In this document: positions 1 through 14,041 of the stretch, piece by piece
Numbering within the stretch: position 1 is the stretch's first letter
How the letters are laid out: each line of letters begins with the position of its first letter
Assembly: GCA_001244265.2 (NCBI GenBank)
Contig: CDLV01000015.1
Location: 248,001 to 312,000, forward strand
Direction: 5' to 3'
Origin: Microbotryum violaceum
Taxonomy: Eukaryota
DNA length: 64,000 nt
The notes under the pieces: generated by a model
Database searches by the model: none
What the model was told of the DNA's origin: nothing
Seen by the model: only the letters and a program-made list of their open reading frames with translations
Made by a program: the position numbers and the translations under genes

Positions 1-664
1 AAGCGGACTCGGAGTCGTGTACAGATACATGTGATCGAAGTGGGTGGGTCCGAGTCGCTGACCGCGCCGAGGTTACGCTGAACGTTCGAGATTGACTCGG
101 CGCATCGAGTGTATACCGTTTGTCACGCTTTCAGAGGCTTCAGTACCTTCTTTTGCAGTGATTTGAATATTATCCATATAGTAAAAACGAGTGTCCCCCA
201 AAGCTTGAGGCTGTCGGTGCGAAGAACATGTGTCACAGCCGAACAGAGCGAAGCTTGCCGTTCGATGACCCGAGTCAAACTCTGCGGTCCTCGAGCGGCA
301 GAGGCAATGCAACACGACCCAGATTACGGCATCAGTTGTGCCAACATTGTTCAAGAAAGTTTGGAAATGGTCTGAATTATAATGGTCTGCTGTGTATACT
401 CAGGACGCTTGCGAGCCAGACAGCGCTCCGAGAGCACCTCGTCGGCAGGAACGCGCAGCAAAGTGCCGGCCGCGCTTTCCCTTTTTTTTCGCCTCCCTCA
501 CGCCCACATATCCTCCTCGCCGTGAGGCCATGGGAATGATAATCAATTGAGATGATTACGGTAGCAGGGTCACCTCAATCGAGCGTCACTCGTCCAATCA
601 TTGAGTTTGCGTCGTCCTCGTCGATTTCCTTCCCCGTCAAGCCGGTGATTGAACGGTTGCCTTA

Positions 665-761
665 ATGCAGTTAAGCACACTGGCTAGGCCAGTAGTGTAG
701 GACTCACTGACCCTGAATCAGAATCACTCATACCACTAAAAACCCCTTTAGGTGAATCACA
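665..761. repeat. ~96-bp dispersed repeat, copy A (copy B at 51404-51499), with internal hairpin
   Basis: ATGCAGTTAAGCACACTGGCTAGGCCAGTAGTGTAGGACTCACTGACCCTGAATCAGAATC... aligns collinearly with 51404-51499; the flanks are unrelated. Confidence 0.85.
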
Positions 762-2616
762 GGGTTTGGGCTCCTCTGACCCGAGTCGCGCTACCAAGCC
801 AAGATGAAGTTACGTTGCAAACTATCTTCAACTCGAAACTCCGCCCAGCTGAAGATCCAGCAATCAGGCTTCCATTGCTTCACACTATGTACCCCACTTC
901 AGAACCTCTCGAAGTCTGACCACGTCCAGCTCCATGTCTGAAACATCCGATCGCCCTCTCCTTTCCCCTCGCCTCTCGCCCCGAGACGGCACGATCGTTG
1001 CTGGAAAGCTCAACCACTGCATTCATTATTTTTACATTTCTTCCAGCAGGCGTCGTATCCTTCTTGATGATGATGTCTGATGTGAGACACCCAAAAAAAA
1101 GGTTGGCAATAGAAACGGAGAAGAAAGGCAGTGAAATACAGCGTCAGCACAGACATTAAACCACAATGGATCAGGATCATACACAGTCGAAAGTGGACTT
1201 GAGCGCACTGCAGCTGCAGCTGCCTAAATCCGACTCCTGCAAAGCCAGGGTCTCGCTTACTCGGTAGCCGGACTAGGGTACAGATACTTGCAATCTCGAA
1301 CGCAACGACTTAAGAGAGCAGACAGGTGAGATGAAATAAGCCATCTCAGGACAGCTGAAGACATGAACGCGGGCAATGCAGCCGCGAGAGGAGGAGTTAC
1401 TGGTTACTACGTACCGGCAGGGGGTGTTTGTAATGAAGTCTCGTCGAACGACTTCGAACCCTTCAATTTTGCCCTCAGCATTGTTGTCGGAACTGATCAT
1501 GAGCAAGGGTTAAAGGTAGGAAGAGGTCAGCAGTAGTCCATGTCGAGCGAGAAGCTATGACGGGACTCACCGCTCCATTTGGACATCGCCACGACTCGAA
1601 GCCGCCTGTGCTGAAACGCCGCCGACGACGGTCGCCGCGAGGAAGAAATGCTTGAGTTGCATCGTGGAGGAGGCCTCGAGGGATCGGTTCTCGAATCACG
1701 ACGAATGAAGTGAGATGAAGGGACCCAAGAGACAGCACACCATCTCAAAAGATTTTATAGCCCCTTCGTTCACTCATGTTCTCCCCGACGCCCGATCTCG
1801 CCCGAGTCAATCTACGCGAAAGTCGCTCCAGTGCCCAAAAAAGAACCTAGCCCCTATTCGCCCTGGGGCGCCTACGCTGCGCGTGGATTAATGGCTCACT
1901 CTGGTTTTCTTAATTCGTTCTCAAGGGATTGAAATACGCCCAGCCTCGGAAGCCGCAGTGGCCGCAGTCGACGACTTCACGCTCTCTCCCCTTGACGCCA
2001 GGAATGCGTAGGACAATGCAGGACGACACATGACTCCGATAAGGCTCGGAAGAAATCGGGAAGTAGCTTGATCGATCCGCGCTAGTCTTGCTTCACCTTG
2101 TGCAACGGTTTGCATCGGGGGATGATTTAGCCGCTGGTGATCGGGGCATCTGCAAAACCGCCCCGGTTGTGCTCATCGGCACGTTGCCAGTGTCGGACGT
2201 CGGACACCGTAGCTAATGCGTCATGCAGTGTAAATAATTCGAACTTCGTTCGTTTCAGCTCTATAGTCAACAAAGAATAATTTTATGAACAGCAGGCGGA
2301 CGGACGCCAAACCCCTCCCGCTGACGGAGTGGGAAGAGCGTCCTTCAGACAGGAGACGCTCTTCTTCGGATGAAGAGTAGGTATTGATTGCTTCGCCTGC
2401 CACCATGAACGATACAGGAGCACCAGAACAGGTGATTCTCGAGGCTTTCATCTCCCATGAACTGAATGACATCTCGAGATCGGATTACAACCACCGTACC
2501 CCCTAAGCACCGGCCTGCGCGACAGCCTCCACAACAGAAAACTCTCCTTCCAAACCTCCCAGAAGTTCCCCCAAGTTCCCGCACCGGGACCGATCTCCTC
2601 GCGACCTTCCCCATCT

Positions 2617-3884
<1,268 letters not shown>

Positions 3885-3952
3885 GTGAGCTCTTCTTCCA
3901 CACCACGTCCTCGTCGAGTCACTCTCAAGCACCGCCACCAACTGTCGTGGGC

Positions 3953-5305
3953 ATGCCCTTCACTTCAGCAGCGGACTGTGTCGATCCACCGCTCGTCGAC
4001 CGGACTTGGACTAGAGTCGAGCGACTCGAACCTCGCGAGCATCAAGTCAATGACGCCGATGATAGTGATGAGTGGGAACAAGATGAGGTATGTCCCTCTG
4101 ATGCTAATCTCGTCCTTCTGCGTTTGCTCAATCATTGTCCATTTTGCGTGTACAGGTGACGTACCTGACGCTCGACTTTGGAGCCAAGTTGGCCGTCGAG
4201 ACGCTCAACCAGGAACGAGGGCACATACAATTGCTCGTAAGACCGCACTCATTTTCGATCATGCAAGTCCCACCTGGCCACCTGGATGCTGAATTCGTTC
4301 GTGCTGCCTATTCCCGAACGATGAGCAGGGCCTCGAATCCTCAACTCCTTACGCCCGCGTCGGACCTCAGTTCTATCAAGGCCAACACGAGACTTTGATA
4401 GGCGATCAAATGCTCTTGCAACACCATCGTGGGTCCTTTGCATGTACAAAAAAAGTATCAACTAAGCGGCACTCTTGCCTAAAGCTCACTTTTCAATTTT
4501 TCACCACCACTACACCCCCCGCATAGCCGAAACCGAAACTTCCCCCTCTCACTACGTCCCCCTACCCAGCACGTCCACCTCCCGAATCTACTTCCAACCC
4601 GTTTCCATAAAGCCCAAAGAAGACCCAGTACCCGTGGTCGACCCCAAGAACCACACTACCCCCATCCCAGCTTCCCTATTGATGACCGGCAAGCTCAAAT
4701 TTAAATCTCGCATCGCGTCCCGAGCCGAAAAGGCTCTACCCAAAATTCCCAAAGTAAAGAGAAAGCCTGGACGGCCTAAAGGATCCAAGAACAAGTATAA
4801 AAAGGGACAATGGACCGATGAGGAGCATGTGGAGCATGCTAATGATGAGGAAGGGATGTTGCCGGCTTTACCGACTTTGGAGATGGACGATCCTGAAGAA
4901 TTGGAGCGACGCTCTTCGTTGCAGGGGGGAAGGACACCAACACCACCACCACCACCACCCCCGCCGAAGAGAAGGGGTCGACCACCCAAACCCAAGGATC
5001 CTAATGCACCTCCAACAGCAGCAAAGAAAGCAAAGGCGCCCGCGAAAAGGAGGGTCAAACGCATCGAATCGGACGCTACTTTGGATAGTAGTGACTTTGG
5101 GGAAGGAAGGATGGACGTCGATGAGGCGAGTGAGGAGGAGTATGTCCGTTCCAATGTGGACACTTGCTCGAATGCTGCTGCTGGAGAGAGTACACGACGA
5201 GTTCCGAGGAGGTCCGCTGCTACAGCGGCTACGGCAGCTGTGGCGATAGCTGTGTCGGGTGGGGAGCAGCTTGTCATTAGCGACGATGAAGAGAACGAGG
5301 CTTGA
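3953..5305 (+). CDS. TFIIIC subunit 6 (triple-barrel)-like protein with C-terminal AT-hooks (4 exons)
   Basis: The spliced N-terminus EQDE|VTYLTLDFG..IQLL|GLESSTPYARVGPQFYQGQHETLIG resembles the TFIIIC_sub6 domain. KRKPGRPKGSK and KRRGRPPKPK are AT-hook motifs. Confidence 0.7.
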
Positions 5306-5557
5306 TTTTCGGCGGTAACTCTCTTTCTTGATGAGTCGACTGCCATGTTGTATACCAGCTCAGTTCCAGTCAAGGACTCTTCTGTCATTGGTCATTACAA
5401 TGAGTCCTGCTTTTTCTTCTTCGACCAACACAGGACTTTTTCCCCCACGCTCCCTTTGAAATCCTTCGTCGAGATCTAATAATGTCCTTCCATCCCACAT
5501 CCCCTACTTCCCCCCACCCTCGCTACTAAACCCACCTCCGCATCCAGATCCCCACTT

Positions 5558-7095
5558 TTACTTCCTACCCTTCTTACCGGCCTTGATCGGCGTTCCCTCA
5601 CTCTCACTCCCACTCGTCACTCCTCCCTTACTCCCCTTGGCAGCCTTCCTCTGCCTCAAAATATGCTCCGGCAACCAACTCTCGTCCACGCCTTCAACTA
5701 GCTTCTCTCCCTCTTCCCTGACTTGTTCCTTCGCCTGCCTAACCTTCTCCCCGACCTTTTTCCTTTTCTTATTCTTGGCCCCAGCGGTGGAAGGTTGTAC
5801 GTAAGAACCATAAAGGAGGTAAGCTACGAATGCTCCGAAGGAGGCGAGGACGACGTAGGTGAATAAGAGGGCGGGGTCGAACCATGAACCGGGTTGTTCG
5901 ATGATGGTCACGGCACCTTGGTAACCGAGCATTTTGTGAACTTTCTTCTTCTGTTTAAGGGGGTTGGGGGGGGGGGGAAGGAGGATGAGTTAGTTGGAGG
6001 ATTGGCTTTCCCAAGCAAAGGTCGATTGGACGTACAGCATCGAGCAACTCGACAAACACTCGGAGACCGACTTCACCGATCTTGTTTTCCGAGTGGAACT
6101 GAGGGACCAAAATGTACACCAGATGAGTTGCCTCGAACTACAGTGGATGGTTCTCGCTCTTGGTGTGTTGCTCTGTGCTCACTCTGTAGACGAGAGGCCT
6201 CGACTTGGTTCCTCCGGGGACGACTTCTCTCAGCTCCAAAACGGTCGTCTATCGCAACAGAAAGCCCAGGAACGATGCACTTTAGTCCGCTTGCACATCC
6301 CTTTATGATTCCCAGATAGGGGCATTCTTCGTTGGCTCACCTTCCTGAGCACCTTTTCCCTCCCATGGGGTTCATAATACTCTCCATATACCTTACTGAG
6401 CACGACTTCGTCCATGCCGTGGTTGTGAAGGCGGACATTGAGAACGTTGTTGGACTGTTTTTTAATAGAGCAATAGTTTGTCAATTTATTTTGAATAGGT
6501 TGGGTGTAAATGTTGAGATAGGGGTACCTACGGCTCCGTTGATGACGCCTGAATCGAAGGTGGAAGGGCAATCAATCGCAGGTGAGTACAGAGAAATAGG
6601 TCAGTGCGTCACGGCCTTTCACTGATTACGGTGCAAATTTGATCCCGTGGTCCTGTCCTGCATCAATCAAGCTTGTCCTGCGTAGCACCGCTCTGCACGT
6701 TTCTAACCGCAGCTCCTCCCAGCTTGAGATTCCTTTGGGAGGAGGCGACCACGTCACACGAGCCGAAACGCCGTGGCCTTTCCCAATGCCTCGTACCCCT
6801 CTACAAACTCCCTACCCTATTCCCCATCCAAAGTAGCCGCTGGAGATTGAATGAACTCACGTCCAAAAGCGTTCGCATCCGGGAACTTGATCTGCACGTC
6901 CACATCGGGCGCAGCGGGGTTGGGTGCCGGTCGCGCCAAGACGACGGAGGACGAGGCGCCGAGGAGGAGCGTCAGCGTGGAGGCTGCGTGGGAGAAAAGT
7001 TGAAGGCGGTGGTGGTGGGGTGAGGTTAGTTTTCAGGATGGGGAGTTTCAGGCTCGGGTGTGTGTAGCCTTACCGAGGAGGTGGGTCAACTTCAT
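5558..7095 (-). CDS. Translocon-associated protein alpha (SSR1/IRC22-like), multi-exon
   Basis: Spliced product has the signal peptide MKLTHLLASTLTLLLGASSSVVLA, then FPDANAFGRVING, VTIIEQPGSWFDPALLFTY plus a TM helix, and a cytosolic DESWLPEH motif with a basic tail. Confidence 0.88.
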
Positions 7096-7311
7096 CTTGG
7101 GCTAGTTGGAGTTGAGTGTCTCTGGAGAGGCAAGACACCGGTGACGAGTTGCTACGGGCCCCGAGCCCCACGCCGTGGCCAGGGGGACAATTGCGCATTA
7201 CCAAACTCGCTTTACCGACGAAATTACGCATTAGAATCTTTGACCACCCCGTCATGTCCCGCGCGCGTCTTCCCGCGTTTCGCCTCCAATACCCATCTCA
7301 CCACCCTACTC

Positions 7312-7312
<1 letters not shown>

Positions 7313-7343
<31 letters not shown>
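7313..7343. repeat. (CA)n microsatellite just upstream of the COX13 start
   Basis: Uninterrupted AC dinucleotide run. Confidence 0.9.
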
Positions 7344-7346
<3 letters not shown>

Positions 7347-7364
7347 ATCAAGCCTGCTCTCACC

Positions 7365-8417
7365 ATGTCGGCCCTCTTCCGCACCCTGCGCGCCACCTCC
7401 CGTCGAGCGCCTTCGACGATGCGTTCGTACGCAACCGTGACGGAAGGTACTAGCGGTGCGAACGAGTTCATCAAGCACCGAGAGGCGATCCAACACCATG
7501 CCGCCAAGTCCGCGCAGCTGTGGAGGAGGATCACGTACGTTGGTTCTTGAGTTCTTTGTTGGTTTGTCTTGGGCGGGTGCGGTGCGGGGTGAGGCATTGG
7601 CGATCTGCGGAGATGGGGCGAGGGCCGGATCGGGCGCGAATCGTCCTGTGAGAGCGGATACATTGTCCAAGTCCTGCGGTCGTCATACACGAGAAGGCGC
7701 AAGTGCACTTCCCTGATCGACGAGGACGGAGTACATCCCAGGGAATCCCCTCCGCTCGATCCTAGCCGATGAACCCGATACTCTCCGCGATTGGACCCCT
7801 GCCCACAATCCCGTGACCTCTCTCTGGATCGACGTAGCTAATCCCATCCTTATCTCATTCACAGTCTCTACGTCGCTTGCCCTGCTAGTAAGTGGGCCTG
7901 ACTTGGATCGGCCGGCCTTGGGATCATGCCCGATCCGGCTGCAGGAACCAGCGGAATCAGAGAGATGGGAGGCCTACACCAGCCGAGGTGACATGGTCAT
8001 ACAACCAACCTTTAACCCGAGCATACACCGAAGGACGCGATCCCAAACCCGACATCCGAACGAGCGAACGCCCGTCCCAGTCCCTCCCGCCAACACACGA
8101 CTAACCCTTCTCCTCTCCGCCCCCCCTTCCACAGTCGTCGTCGGTTTTCTCAACACGATGAACCTGATGGCCGAGCACGAGGCGCACATCGAGCACATCA
8201 AGCACGAGAACGGCGGTGAGCTGCCCGAACGCATCGTGTACCCTTACTTCAACAAGCGCGTCAAGGATTTCCCCTGGGGCAACCACACCTTGTTCTACAA
8301 CCCCGAGGTTAGTTCTTCATCAGCGTTGGAAAATGGGGTAATTTTCTCTTTCTCTTTTTTTGGAGCCAAGACTGATCAGATCGAGATCAGCTCAACATTA
8401 ACCCCGATGAGGAGTAG
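7365..8417 (+). CDS. COX13: Cytochrome c oxidase subunit 6A (4 exons, including a 23-nt exon at 7865-7887)
   Basis: Mitochondrial presequence, HAAKSAQLWRRITLYVACPA TM segment, EHEAH, and YPYFNKRVKDFPWGNHTLFYN; canonical splice sites. Confidence 0.93.
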
Positions 8418-9049
8418 ATTTGCGCTCGCGTCTTTGGAGTTGGAGATAAGTCTAAGATTTCCTGGTGGATTCATTTCGCCTAGTCGAGTGGGAGCGGGAG
8501 CATGTGCAATATCGAGAGGGAGGATTTTTTTTGCTACAGATACATTTTAAGGGGGGCTTCTACCGAGGGGAGATATACTAGTCCCGAGGTCTGAGCGCCG
8601 AGCGTTGAGAGCGAGAGCCTAGAGATCGTGCGAGAGTCTTTGCTGGGTCACTCTACACGAAACAACGAAAGCTAGACCAACCAAGATATCGAGAAGCACC
8701 TATGACCGCTGAGAACCGGTCCGGGGAGTTGGGATCGGCGCTCGTTGGCGCTCAGATTGGCAGCCGGCCATGTGGAGCGAATCCCGCAGCGGGGCGGCAC
8801 ACGTCGCTCCTCTCGCTCTCGCTCTCGCTCTCGTCCTCTGCCTCTGCTCTGCTTCTACACGTGCAACTCCACCCAGCCATCAGCTCAACTCGGATCTTAC
8901 ATCGCCCTCACTCGCCGAGGCTTATCAAAAGCTTCCTGCATCCGTCAACTGAGCGACTCGCCGCCACCGCCACCGCCACCGCCGGCCTCAACTCACCCAC
9001 CTCTCAACCTTTCTCCCCACCCTCAACGCACATCTCTACATCCACGACC

Positions 9050-10032
9050 ATGCTCTCCGTGCTCATCTCAACCTACACCCCCTTCCCTTCAACTCTCTCC
9101 CTGACTTTGCCCGAATCAACCACCATCTCTTCCCTCCAAACGCTCCTCACGCCCTACTGTCCGCTGCGTCAACAATCGCTCTCCTCCCACTCCGTCCTCG
9201 TTCTCAAACCCACCACCACCTTATCCTCCTTAACCTCCATCTCCAGCACGAACAATGACACCTCCCCCCTCTTCCTCCGTTTATCCGTTCGCCTCCCCGG
9301 TGGGAAAGGTGGATTCGCATCCCAACTCCGTGCCCAAGGTGGTAGGATGAGTAGCAACAAGGCGACGAACAATGACAGTTGTCGAGATTTGAACGGTAGG
9401 CGATTGAGTACGATAAAGGAAGCTACAAAGTAAAGTCCCTAAACCGCTTAAAGGGCGTATAGGAGTTTCTATTTTATTTATTCAACTCTCTCAATTCTTT
9501 GTCGTGTTCAGATTGGCCGAATACATTCAAGCCGCGCCGGATCGATTGGCCCAACAAAAGAAAGAAGCTCAGGCCAAATTGAACGCTTTGAACGCCGAAA
9601 TTGAGAGGTTGGATAAAGGGATTCATTCCAAACCTTCCACTTCCGCTTCCTCATCCGCATCAGCTTCAGCTTCAGGTTCGGGATCGGGATCGGGATCGAA
9701 TGGGGTTGGTATGACGGCGGGTCAGAAGAGGAAGTTGGAGGAGAGCAAGTTCGTGAAAGAGAGTAAGGAGTTGAATGAAGGGGTGAGGGATGCGGTTAAA
9801 TTGGGTTAGTGGGTGAAGAAATTGAAGAGAAAGCCTTTTGAAGGGACCCCGTTTGCTGATGATCGGCACCAAACTTTTCCCCTTCTTTTCGACAGCCATG
9901 ATGAAGAAACGAAAAAAGAACAAGACGGTCGAGACGACCGAGGCTGTACCTGCTACGACGAGTGGATCATCAGAGGAGGAGGACCCGGGGAAGGGCAAGC
10001 AGAAGGAAGAGACAACTGTGGAGACTAAGTGA
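9050..10032 (+). CDS. SDE2: SDE2 ubiquitin-fold splicing/replication-stress regulator (3 exons)
   Basis: Ubiquitin-like N-terminus ending RLPGG|KGGFASQLRAQG, followed by NNDSCRDLNGRRL. Confidence 0.92.
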
Positions 10033-10206
10033 GCCTCGCAGACGGGAGGTCCGCCTCCTCGTGTGGAATGCCTTGCTTTTAAAAGGTGGAAGTTGGATCG
10101 TCATTGTGCGTGTTTAATTGTTTACAAGCAGTCCATTCGAGATATGTACCAAAATATATCTCCGTCGCCCGCGAGCTTCCATCGAGAGACCCTCGAAAGT
10201 TTCTTC

Positions 10207-11308
10207 TCATTCTTCGTCACTATCCTCGTCACTCTCACTTTCCGTATCCTCCTCACTTTCCGTATCCTCCTCACTTTCCGTATCCTCCTCACTTTCCGTA
10301 TCCTCCTCACTTTCCGTATCCTCCTCACTCCCACTCCCTCGCTTCCTCCTCCCTTTCTTCTCCCTACTTTTCCTCCTCCTCTGCAGCTCTTCAACCCCTT
10401 CCAAAGCCGGCGCCTCCCCCAAGCCTTTGGCCCTCTCCAAACACTCTCTCTCCTTGTCCGGATCCGTAATCGGTCTAAACTCCTTCATCTTGCTCAACCT
10501 TCTTTCCCAAACATCCTCTACGTTACCCTCCCGACTCTGTACAGCTCTCTCAACGGACAACTCATCCCTTAACCTAGCCATCAGTGCCTCTTCCTCATCG
10601 CCTCTTATCCCTCCCGAAGGTCCAGAGAGGTTCGTCGAAGGAGGAGTGAAGAATGATACTTCGATAGGGGAGACGAAATTTGGTGCTAGAGTTTCGTAGG
10701 AACTTAATGTAGCTTCGAGTCTCGTTTGCGAGGTTGAGGAGGATAACGGAGGTAGGGTAGCCGTACTGGGCAGTTGCGAGGCGGTCTTTAGGTAGTGCGT
10801 GACCTATCCAGGAAAGATCGAGTGTCAATGAGCATGATTTCTGGGGGAGAAGGGAAAGTAAGTTGGTGAGTATTATTGACTTGTTCATCAACGTTCTTGA
10901 CTTGGATAGGCACGTCAATTCCGTCGTTGAGGAAGTCGGTGTCGTCATCCGACTCGTCGTCGCCCGTGTCGTCGGGTACATCCAAAGAAGCGAGCAGTCG
11001 AGAGAGGTTCTCGTCTTCTTCTTCGTCGTTCTTCGCTAGACCGTCCCCAGTCTTGATGGTCGATAAAGTCCCCGAAGGAAACGGTGATGATCTAAAGTCG
11101 CGACGATAATGTGGGGCAAATCGACAATGGGGTGCCAGTGGGGGCCCGAGTGCAACGCGAATGATCAGATCAACAAGATCACAACACTTCACGTGCACAT
11201 CCCTAATGAACTAACGTACGAAGAAGGACTTGAAGATCGAAGTGCGGCCAACCGTTGTTGAAGAATCGCCGCAGCACTCGTACCTGTTTCGTCGCCGGCT
11301 GGCATCAT
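10207..11308 (-). CDS. Hypothetical acidic protein (about 3 exons) with a (SEEDTE)n tail
   Basis: The start exon MMPAGDETG..LQQRLAALRSS ends at a GTACGT donor and splices into the 10788-11198 ORF. The terminal frame is open from about 10803 to 10207. The second donor is uncertain. Confidence 0.6.
10235..10329. repeat. 18-bp coding tandem repeat x5 (TCACTTTCCGTATCCTCC)
   Basis: Directly visible; encodes SEEDTE on the minus strand. Confidence 0.95.
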
Positions 11309-12088
11309 GATCGTCCGTTCGTGTCCGCGGTCGTCCGGTCAAGGAGCAGCGGCGCGTGGGGCGATGTCACGCGATCGACGGTCGCCGTGAAATCTCCCAG
11401 TGTGCGACCAATATGCCGCGAATTGTGGTTCGTTTTCTTCATTGCTCCTTCGTTCTGAAAACGGTCAGCGTAAACGCGTGACACACAGCTATTCAAAACC
11501 TAATGAGACGCCCTCGGAGCCAAAACCTTGTCTCCGTTGCTCGTTTTTCACGAGTCGACCCTCGGAAATACGCGACGGACGCGTCCCGTGATTGAATGGT
11601 CGTGCACGGACACCCTTTCTTGTCCGAATTGTCCTAATCCCGCACCCCGTTCCTCTTCTCTTTCTCACTCCTCTTCTTGGTGCTGTAAACGATTCCATAT
11701 ATACCGCCGGGCCAATCATTGTGACGGCGCTTGACACCGGCTCTTTTTCTCATCGTCACACGCGCGCGAGGGGACTCCTCTCTTCTGTCGTGGGTGGTGC
11801 TGTATCATCCGGTGGGCGAAAAAGGCGCCTCCTCTCCGGTGAGAGCTCGCAAAGGGACGAACGCCGGTCGACAGAGTCTCCCCTCTTTCGACTGTGACAA
11901 CCCCAAAGCTCCGCACCGCGATTCCACATACTGCGCCGTCTTGCACACCCCCTCTCGCAGACAAATAACCTCCTCTTTCGAGGTCTTTTTTTCGACGCGT
12001 CGCGAGGTGAGTCCGTCACTCCTCATCCGCTGGTCTCCCTTTTCTCTTTCCCCACGTCCTACAATTGACCCCTTTGAACGTTCTCATC

Positions 12089-13702
12089 ATGTGCCTTTGC
12101 TACACCCACCATTCGTTCGGATGCTTGTTCTCATCTTACCCCGAAGCCGACCACAACACGAATTCCATTTCGACGCGAAGAAGTAGCCTTTCGGACGACC
12201 AAGCATCGTATTATTCAACTGCGAGGGATCGACGAAGGAGATCTTTACAAGCGCACTACCAAGTCCAAGACGATCATCGTTCTTCTTTTCCCAATACAAC
12301 CACTACAAAACGTCGATCCAAAACTCCTTCCCCAACGACGATAATGAACGGTCCTACGGGTTTGGACCCGGCTCCGCAGACCGGAGAGAGCGGACCGATC
12401 TCGCCGATGCCAAGGGGTGTTCGAGGTCCTCGTTTCTTAATGCAGCTCAAAGTCAAAATCTTGATCAGTCCCTCATCATTGTCGGGAAACGAAGGACCCA
12501 AGATTCAGCATCCACATCAGTACGAGGGGGCTGAGATGATGGCTTCTCCTCGGCCGTCGATGTCTTCTGCTCGGGTTCAATCGCCGCGACCAAAGCACGC
12601 TGCTGGCGCCGGAACTGACCAATCAGGAGACCACAGACCGGGGGTGAGGGGCAATGAGGTCCACCATCCTCTTCCTTTTCCGGGGAGGAGAGATTATTTC
12701 GACCCAAATCGGCCAGCATCACCCTCACCTGCGCAAGCTTCCCACCGTCGCTTCAGTCTGACGACCCTCGCCCGGCGTACTACCTCGACCACGACCAAGC
12801 CAACGACTATTCCGAAACCCAGCCCTCCTAAAACACCCCCATCCCCACTTTCCTCCGTCAAGCAAAACCTGAAAAAAAGCTGGACCCACCTCAATTTACT
12901 TCCTCGCGGATCTCCTAACCAAGAGACCAAATCAGGTATTTCACCTCGCCAACGCCTCTCAACCTCCTCCAGCCGCTTCGTCGAAGATCTTCGTAATCGA
13001 AAGATCAGTTCCCCCTTCGTGAGTGGTCCACGCCTCGGTGGACTTCGTGGAGTCGAAAATGCGGGTTGGAGATCTTCTTTCGACGGGGCTACAGTGGTAG
13101 GGATGAATGAATTAGGTCAATTGGAAAGGGTGAGTTCAGTTCATACCGGACGCCTAAACCCCAGCAACAACTCACTGATCCTCTACCTCGCTTGAACCAT
13201 TCTCAAGCCTTCCACCAACCCCAATTCTCGAAACGCACGACATTCCTTCCAATCCTCCCTTCGCCCCATCTCCAATTCAACCTACCCACCACCGCGTCAT
13301 TCCCTCGAAACCAACCTAGGTCCAACTCTCCAACCCAACCCTCCTTCCTCAACCCAACAAACAACTTCCCTCTCCCCACCACCACATTCTCGAACTCCAA
13401 CTCCAACTCCCTCCAACCCCAATTCACTAGGTATAAAACGTAAACCTGCCCCACCTATAACGCCTTCCTTAATTCGCCAAACGACCATGAGTGGAGGATC
13501 TCCCAACAGTTCTCAATCCGTTCTTGCGCCGGCAAAGGTCACAGCCGTTTTACAGAGGAGAAGTGTATCCGGTCCGGGACCGGATGGCGTACTTCGAAGA
13601 CCGGTTTTACAAGAAGTTCAGGCACTTACTTTGAGGTCGAGTATGGATGGGGAAGGGGATGGGGAGCGTGTAAGGACAGCAGAGGAGGGTGGGGAGGCTT
13701 GA
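12089..13702 (+). CDS. Hypothetical Ser/Pro/Arg-rich disordered protein; 5' end uncertain
   Basis: A 376-aa ORF splices (GTGAGT..AAG, about 13130-13207) into a frame that stays open through the 13487-13702 ORF. Confidence 0.55.
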
Positions 13703-14041
13703 ACACAGGATGCGCAGTGAAATGGATGGACGGGCTTGGGGGTCAGCGCGGCCGAAGGGGGCGTGTACGAACAGTTACGATTTCAAGAGGTTTGTATCAT
13801 ATCCTGTGCTTTTGACGTATTCCAACATTTCAGTTTCCGCGGTACTTTTTAGGCCATTACCATAATGCAAGATCACTTCTTGCCGAGAACGTACTTCTCG
13901 CGCGTCAAAAGACAGCAGTAATAGTGAGCACTAAATCAGATTACCCGATTACAAGACTAAAGGAAACATATACACGTAGACAAATTAAGAAAAAATGAAA
14001 GGATACACATAATCAAACCCACGAACGCCATACCCGCTAAC

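Noticed and set aside
665-761. 5S rRNA or canonical Helitron 3' end
   Set aside because: Only GCAGTTAAGC resembles 5S and the rest does not align; the hairpin is not followed by a CTRR terminus.
4588-5388. 266-aa minus-strand ORF
   Set aside because: Antisense shadow of the AT-hook exon; low-complexity translation with no motif.
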